Source: an uncultured delta proteobacterium (GTDB taxonomy: Bacteria > Desulfobacterota > RBG-13-43-22). Taken from it: a stretch of DNA of 64,000 nucleotides. The stretch covers positions 256,001 to 320,000 of the forward strand of contig CAWJJC010000028.1 of assembly GCA_963843145.1 (NCBI GenBank), written 5' to 3'. Below, in pieces: positions 58,610-64,000 of this stretch. Below the pieces are notes generated by a model. That model saw only the letters and a list, made by a program, of their open reading frames with translations, was not told the origin of the DNA and ran no database searches. Position numbers and translations under genes: made by a program. Within the stretch, counting starts at the first letter, position 1, and every line of letters begins with the position of its first letter.

Positions 58610-59830
58610 ATGAAGGGGAAGGTCGTGGAAGAAGAGAATACTAGTAATAATACCAAAAAAGCAGGGTCGAAAAAAAAGCCGGTTATTATTATGGCGGGTG
58701 TGGCGCTCTTGGCGGTTATCGGCGGGTACCTCTATTGGCGGTACTCCCAAACCCATATTTCTACCGATGACGCCTATGTGGCCGGGTCCATCTATTCCGT
58801 TAGTTTCCGGATACCGGGGACCGTGAGCAAGGTATGGGTTCATGACAATCAACTGGTGGAATCAGGGCAGGAGCTGGTGACCCTGGACCCCGCTGATTAT
58901 GAAGTGGCCTATAAACAGGCCCAGGCCACTCTGGAAAACCTCAAGGCCCGCTGGGCTTCCGCCCGGATGGCGGTCCCTCTGGAATCCGACCAGACCCGGG
59001 CCCGGGTGGATGAATCCAAGGCCGGGGTAGGGACCTCCGAAAAAAACGTGGACGAAGCCCGGCAACAACTCCGGCGGCTGCAAGAAGAAACGAAAACCCA
59101 GCAGGCCCTCCTGGACAAGGCTACCTGGGATCGGGACCGCTTCAGCAAACTCTTCCAGCAGAAGGCCGTCTCCCGGCAGCAATACGACGACGCCCAAACG
59201 CAGTATGAGGTGGCCTTTTCGCGTCACCAGGGGTCTTTGGCCGCCCAACAGGCCCTGCAAAATTCCATTGCCGGTCTGGGCGAACAGATCAAGCGGGCCC
59301 AGGCCCAGGTGGTCTTTGCGGAGACCGGCCGGCAGGGGGTCAAGATCAAGAAACAGCAACTGGAGGCTGCCAAGGCGGAATTATCTTTGGCCGAGGCCCG
59401 GCTCGATCAGGCCCGGTTACAATTGTCGTATACCCGGATCCTGGCCCCGGCTCGCGGCCACATAACCAAAAAAAATGTGGAAGTTGGAAATTTGGTCCAG
59501 GCCGGACAGCCTTTGATGGCCCTGGTCCCTCTGGAAGACCTTTGGGTGGTGGCCAATTACAAGGAAACCCAGCTAAAGCGGGTGAAGAAAGGTCAAGAGG
59601 TGACCATCAAGGTGGATACCTTCCCGGGCAAGAAAATCAAAGGCCGGGTCGAAAGTCTCATGGCCGGAACGGGATCGGCCTTTTCCCTGTTCCCGCCTGA
59701 AAATGCTACCGGAAACTTCGTTAAGATCGTTCAGCGCCTCCCGGTCAAAATCGTACTGGAAAAGAACCAGGAACTCCCACCTCTGCGGGTCGGCATGTCG
59801 GTGGAACCCACCATCTTAGTAAAAGAATAA
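58610..59830 (+). CDS. HlyD/EmrA-family membrane fusion protein
   Basis: STDDAYV, VVANYKETQL, FSLFPPENATGNFVKIVQRLPVKI. Confidence 0.93.
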   Translation: MKGKVVEEENTSNNTKKAGSKKKPVIIMAGVALLAVIGGYLYWRYSQTHISTDDAYVAGSIYSVSFRIPGTVSKVWVHDNQLVESGQELVTLDPADYEVAYKQAQATLENLKARWASARMAVPLESDQTRARVDESKAGVGTSEKNVDEARQQLRRLQEETKTQQALLDKATWDRDRFSKLFQQKAVSRQQYDDAQTQYEVAFSRHQGSLAAQQALQNSIAGLGEQIKRAQAQVVFAETGRQGVKIKKQQLEAAKAELSLAEARLDQARLQLSYTRILAPARGHITKKNVEVGNLVQAGQPLMALVPLEDLWVVANYKETQLKRVKKGQEVTIKVDTFPGKKIKGRVESLMAGTGSAFSLFPPENATGNFVKIVQRLPVKIVLEKNQELPPLRVGMSVEPTILVKE

Positions 59831-59856
59831 CCAAAAATATTTGAATTTTTGGTTAG

Positions 59857-59992
59857 AAATCCGAAATCCGAATTTCGAAACTCGAAACAAATTCAAATGC
59901 TCCAATATCAAAATCCGAAACGTTTTGTTTTGATCATTTGGATTTTGGACCTTCGTGCTTGTTTCGGATTTCGTGCTTCGAATTTCGAATTT
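59857..59992. repeat. Empty inverted-arm copy of the 7-bp-periodic repeat between emrA and emrB
   Basis: AAATCCGAAATCCGAATTTCGAAACTCGAAACAAATTCAAATG ... TTGTTTCGGATTTCGTGCTTCGAATTTCGAATTT. Confidence 0.85.
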
Positions 59993-60017
59993 AGGTGTAA
60001 CCTGTCTGAAGGTCGGA

Positions 60018-61583
60018 ATGAATAACCAATCCTCAACGGCGCCTGCTCCCCCGGTCAATAAATGGCTCATTACCGTCACGGTCATGCTGCCGACGATTAT
60101 CGAGATCCTGGATACCAGCGTAGCCAACGTGGCCCTGGGGCATATGCAGGGTAGCCTGAGCGCCGGGCTGGACGAGGTGACCTGGGTCCTGACCTCCTAT
60201 CTGGTCTCAAATGCCATCATTATTCCCATCACCGGGTGGCTGGCCAGCACCTTCGGCCGAAAAAACTACCTGATCTTTTCCCTGGGACTGTTTACCATCA
60301 GCTCTCTCTTGTGCGGGGCCGCCCCCAACCTGCAAACCCTGATACTCTTTCGGATACTCCAGGGGATCGGCGGCGGGGCCCTCCAGCCCCTGGCCCTGTC
60401 TATCCTCCTGGAGACCTTTCCGCCGAAAGAACACGGCATGGCCATGGCCGTCTATGGAGTCGGGGTGGTCTTCGGCCCGATCGTGGGGCCTTTGTTGGGG
60501 GGATACATTACCGACAACTTGAGCTGGCGCTGGATCTTTTACATCAACCTCCCTCTGGGCGGGCTGGCCATCCTGATGACTTATTTCTTTATCTTCGACC
60601 CGTCCTATATTCGCAAGATCCAGACTAAAATCGACTATTGGGGCTTGGCGCTGCTTACCCTGGGTTTGGGGGCCTTGCAGATTGTCCTGGATCGCGGGGA
60701 GCGAGAGGACTGGTTTGACTCCACTTTTATCATCAGCCTTTCGATTATGGCCGTCGTTTGCCTGGCCTTATTCGTTTGGGTGGAAATCCGTCAGCCTTCT
60801 CCGGTGGTCCGGCTGCAGATTTTTAAGAATCGTTCCTTCAGTGCCGGAAACCTCATTATGTTTTTGTGTTTTTTCGCTTTCTTCGGCAGCATCGTGCTGC
60901 TGCCCGTCTATCTGCAGAGCCTGATGGGCTATACGGCCTTTTTAGCCGGTTTGGTCCTCGGCCCCGGAGGTCTTTCAACCCTGGTGATGATGCCTATCGT
61001 GGGACGGATGATCGGGAAGGTCGATTCGCGACTCATCCTCGGGTTTGGTATGCTGGTCAACGCCTACGCCCTCTATCTCATGTCCTCCTTTTCCCTGAAT
61101 GCCGACTTCTGGACCATTATCTGGCCTCGAATCCTTCAGGGCGTGGGGATCAGTTGTTTCTTCGTCCCCCTGTCCACTCTGACCTTGTCCAGCATTTCTA
61201 AACCGGAGATGGGGAATGGCAGCGCTATTTTCAACCTCTTGCGAAACCTGGGGGGGAGCTTCGGGGTGGCTTTCATCACCACCATGCTTTCCCGCCGGAC
61301 TCAGTTTCACCAGCACCATCTGGCCGAGGGCTTTTCGATTTTCGATTTCAAGCTGCAGCAGGCGCTACCGAATATCCAGCAGTTTTTGCAGGGAGCCGGG
61401 ATCGAAGGGACCACGGCCCAGCAGGGATCCCTGGAAACCCTCTATCGGCTGCTGCAAAGGCAGGCGGCCATGTTGGGGTTCAATGATGTTTTTTGGCTGT
61501 TGAGTCTTTTTTTTCTCGGCCTGATTCCTTTTATTGTCCTCATCCGCCGAAGAAGGGATGCTATTGCCGGGATCGGCCACTAA
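60018..61583 (+). CDS. DHA2 MFS efflux permease (EmrB/QacA)
   Basis: LDTSVANVAL, WVLTSYL, WRWIFYINLP, RNLGGSFG. Confidence 0.93.
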   Translation: MNNQSSTAPAPPVNKWLITVTVMLPTIIEILDTSVANVALGHMQGSLSAGLDEVTWVLTSYLVSNAIIIPITGWLASTFGRKNYLIFSLGLFTISSLLCGAAPNLQTLILFRILQGIGGGALQPLALSILLETFPPKEHGMAMAVYGVGVVFGPIVGPLLGGYITDNLSWRWIFYINLPLGGLAILMTYFFIFDPSYIRKIQTKIDYWGLALLTLGLGALQIVLDRGEREDWFDSTFIISLSIMAVVCLALFVWVEIRQPSPVVRLQIFKNRSFSAGNLIMFLCFFAFFGSIVLLPVYLQSLMGYTAFLAGLVLGPGGLSTLVMMPIVGRMIGKVDSRLILGFGMLVNAYALYLMSSFSLNADFWTIIWPRILQGVGISCFFVPLSTLTLSSISKPEMGNGSAIFNLLRNLGGSFGVAFITTMLSRRTQFHQHHLAEGFSIFDFKLQQALPNIQQFLQGAGIEGTTAQQGSLETLYRLLQRQAAMLGFNDVFWLLSLFFLGLIPFIVLIRRRRDAIAGIGH

Positions 61584-61712
61584 GCCCGGGATAGCAGTTG
61601 ACAGGCCGAAAAAAAATGAGGTATGATATCAGCCAGATTCGGAAAAAATCAGCAACTCTGAGGAACTTAAACAAGCCAAAACCAACGCCGTCAACTTTAG
61701 AATGAGAAAAAA

Positions 61713-61988
61713 ATGGACCAGGGAGAAGAAAAAATCATTGATTTGGTTGAGGTGGTCAACGAGGGAAAACCTGTTTCTCCGGCGCCACCGGACCCCCCTT
61801 CCCTGCGGCCTGACCTCCAATTGACCCCTGAATGGGAAGAGAAAATCGCCGACCTGGTTCATCGGGAAGTGGAGCGCCAGGTTCAATTGACCGTTCAGGA
61901 GCGTCTGGATAGCCTGGTTCGGGAGGTATTAGCCCGGGAAGCGGAAAAAGCGCTGGCTCGGGAAATAGAAGCCTTAAAAAAGGCCTAA
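61713..61988 (+). CDS. Small protein upstream of valS (PopZ/DUF2497-like architecture)
   Basis: IIDLVEVV N-terminal segment, Pro-rich linker, C-terminal amphipathic helices LVREVLAREAEKALAREIEALK. Confidence 0.6.
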   Translation: MDQGEEKIIDLVEVVNEGKPVSPAPPDPPSLRPDLQLTPEWEEKIADLVHREVERQVQLTVQERLDSLVREVLAREAEKALAREIEALKKA

Positions 61989-62103
61989 ATAATTTCTTAA
62001 AGCCAACGACGAATAGGTTGAAGGGGGGTTAAGGTATTAATCCCCCTTTATTTTAGGGGACCAAAAAAAACAGCGGCCCTCACAGGTTTTCGGAGTGGAT
62101 TTC

Positions 62104-64000
62104 ATGGATAAATTTCAACTTCCTAAAGGATACGAGCCTCAAGCGGTGGAGGCGGAACTCTATGCCCAATGGGTCGAAAAGGGGCTATTTAAAGGGAAAG
62201 TGGACGACCCGGCCCCCTCCTTTACCATGGTCATTCCTCCGCCTAACGTGACGGGGACGCTGCATATGGGTCATGCCCTGAACACGACCCTGCAGGACAT
62301 CCTTTGGCGCTACTATAAGATGAAAGGTCGAAACGTCCTCTGGATTCCGGGAACGGACCATGCCGGCATCGCCACCCAAAACGTGGTGGAGCGCATGCTG
62401 GCCCAAGAGGGCCTCCGGCGTCAGGATCTGGGCCGGGAGAAGTTCGTGGAAAAGGTCTGGGAATGGCGGGCCAAATACGGGGGGCTGATCATCAACCAGC
62501 TCAAACGTCTGGGGGCTTCCTGCGACTGGAGCCGGGAGCGCTTTACTATGGACGAAGGCCTTTCCCGGGCGGTTCGAGAGGTCTTTGTTCGCCTGTACGG
62601 AGAGGGGCTCATTTACCGGGGGGATTACATCATCAACTGGTGTCCCCGTTGTCACACGGCCCTTTCCGACCTGGAAGTGGAACACGAGGGCCTGGAGGGC
62701 GGACTCTATTATATCCGTTACACCCTGGTGGAGGGCGAAGGGGGGGTCATCGTGGCCACCACCCGGCCGGAAACCATGCTGGGGGACACGGCGGTGGCCG
62801 TTCATCCCGAGGATCCCCGGTACCAGGGACTGGCCGGGAAAATGGTCCATCTGCCCCTGACCGGCCGGACGATTCCCATCATCGCCGATCCCTACGTGGA
62901 TCAAAATTTCGGCACCGGGGCCTTGAAAATCACCCCGGCCCACGACTTGAACGACTTTGAGATCGGCCGCCGTCACGACCTGCCCAGGATCAAAGTCATG
63001 GATGACGAGGGCCGCATGAATGAACAGGCCGGGGCCTACCGGGGGCTGGACCGTCTGGCCGCCCGACAGAAGGTCCTGGAGGATTTAAAGGGTTTGAACC
63101 TGTTGGAGAAGGTGGAGAAATACCAACACAACGTGGGCCATTGTTATCGTTGCAAGACCATGGTCGAACCCACCCTTTCCAAACAATGGTTTGTCCGGGT
63201 CGGGCCTTTGGCCCGCCGAGCCCTGGAGGCGGTACAAAAGGGCGAAACACAAATTTTTCCGGCGAATTGGGAAAAAACCTATTTTGAGTGGATGACCAAT
63301 ATCCGCGACTGGTGCATTTCCCGTCAGATCTGGTGGGGTCACCAGATTCCGGCCTGGTTCTGCCGGTCCTGCGGGGAGGTCACGGTGGCCCTGGAAGGGC
63401 CGGCGGCCTGCGCCTCCTGCGGATCGACCAACCTGGTTCAGGAAACGGATGTCCTGGACACCTGGTTCAGTTCGGCCCTCTGGCCTTTTTCCACTTTGGG
63501 CTGGCCGGAGCAAACCAGGGAGTTGGAGGTCTATTACCCCACCTCCGTCCTGGTGACCGGTTTCGATATCCTTTTTTTCTGGGTGGCCCGGATGATGATG
63601 ATGGGTCTGCACTTCATGGGGAAGGTCCCGTTCACCCACGTCTATATCCATGCCTTGGTCCGGGATGCCGAGGGCCAGAAGATGAGCAAGTCCAAGGGGA
63701 ACGTGATCGATCCCTTGACCGTTATGGATCAGTACGGGACCGATGCCTTTCGTTTTACCCTGGCCGCCCTGGCGGTTCAGGGCCGGGATATCAAGCTTTC
63801 CGAGGAGCGGATCGAGGGTTACCGCCATTTCGTCAATAAGATCTGGAACGCCGCCCGTTTTTGCGGCCCTCACCTGGAAGGGTTGGGGCCGGAAGACCTG
63901 CAATTCAGTGGGCCGCTGCCGACCGATGAAGTCAACCGCTGGATGATCAGTCGGGTGGGCCGAGTTATTCAGGCGCTGGAGGAGGGTATTGAAAAGTATC
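62104..64000 (+). CDS. valS: Valine--tRNA ligase, partial (runs off window)
   Basis: [38 protein letters not shown] all in one frame from ATG 62104. Confidence 0.97.
   Translation, partial: MDKFQLPKGYEPQAVEAELYAQWVEKGLFKGKVDDPAPSFTMVIPPPNVTGTLHMGHALNTTLQDILWRYYKMKGRNVLWIPGTDHAGIATQNVVERMLAQEGLRRQDLGREKFVEKVWEWRAKYGGLIINQLKRLGASCDWSRERFTMDEGLSRAVREVFVRLYGEGLIYRGDYIINWCPRCHTALSDLEVEHEGLEGGLYYIRYTLVEGEGGVIVATTRPETMLGDTAVAVHPEDPRYQGLAGKMVHLPLTGRTIPIIADPYVDQNFGTGALKITPAHDLNDFEIGRRHDLPRIKVMDDEGRMNEQAGAYRGLDRLAARQKVLEDLKGLNLLEKVEKYQHNVGHCYRCKTMVEPTLSKQWFVRVGPLARRALEAVQKGETQIFPANWEKTYFEWMTNIRDWCISRQIWWGHQIPAWFCRSCGEVTVALEGPAACASCGSTNLVQETDVLDTWFSSALWPFSTLGWPEQTRELEVYYPTSVLVTGFDILFFWVARMMMMGLHFMGKVPFTHVYIHALVRDAEGQKMSKSKGNVIDPLTVMDQYGTDAFRFTLAALAVQGRDIKLSEERIEGYRHFVNKIWNAARFCGPHLEGLGPEDLQFSGPLPTDEVNRWMISRVGRVIQALEEGIEKY

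Noticed and set aside
27657-59992. Heptamer and palindromic repeats as a CRISPR array
   Set aside because: No regularly spaced identical direct repeats with unique spacers, and no cas genes in the window
61989-62103. T-box riboswitch upstream of valS
   Set aside because: Region is too short and lacks the T-box GGTGGNACC motif; only a simple hairpin at ~62020-62050

Overview
A 64-kb chromosomal segment of a GC-rich anaerobe. The gene content (tungsten AOR, AbfD, IorAB, sigma-54 activator, UGA/SECIS selenoprotein) suggests Desulfobacterota/Deltaproteobacteria; this is an inference. Housekeeping anchors are mfd (left), tRNA-Pro(GGG) and a partial valS (right). Between them lie a sigma-54-controlled ABC-ADH-AOR cluster next to a 4-hydroxybutyryl-CoA dehydratase, a second Liv-type ABC/acyl-CoA ligase/SDR cluster, a Ni/Co ECF transporter, signalling proteins, FrhB-like/IorAB and EmrAB. 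A decayed mobile hotspot sits downstream of tRNA-Pro. It contains a ~520-bp duplication, an AbiE-like gene pair, RAYT remnants, an attC-bearing cassette and IS200. The most striking unexplained structure is a set of small gene-plus-repeat modules. (i) A four-helix-bundle (23S-IVP/bAvd-like) gene is enclosed by ~65-bp inverted arms built from 7-bp units, and empty copies of the same arms occur in four other intergenic gaps. (ii) A GIY-YIG gene lies between perfect 29-bp palindromic arms, nested in a TIR/11-bp-TSD element that itself interrupts another palindrome, and empty copies are dispersed across the window. The ORF track also misses a likely two-selenocysteine glutaredoxin-like gene. Several otherwise intact genes carry single-base frameshifts that may be assembly errors. 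All calls come from reading motifs by eye; no database searches were run.
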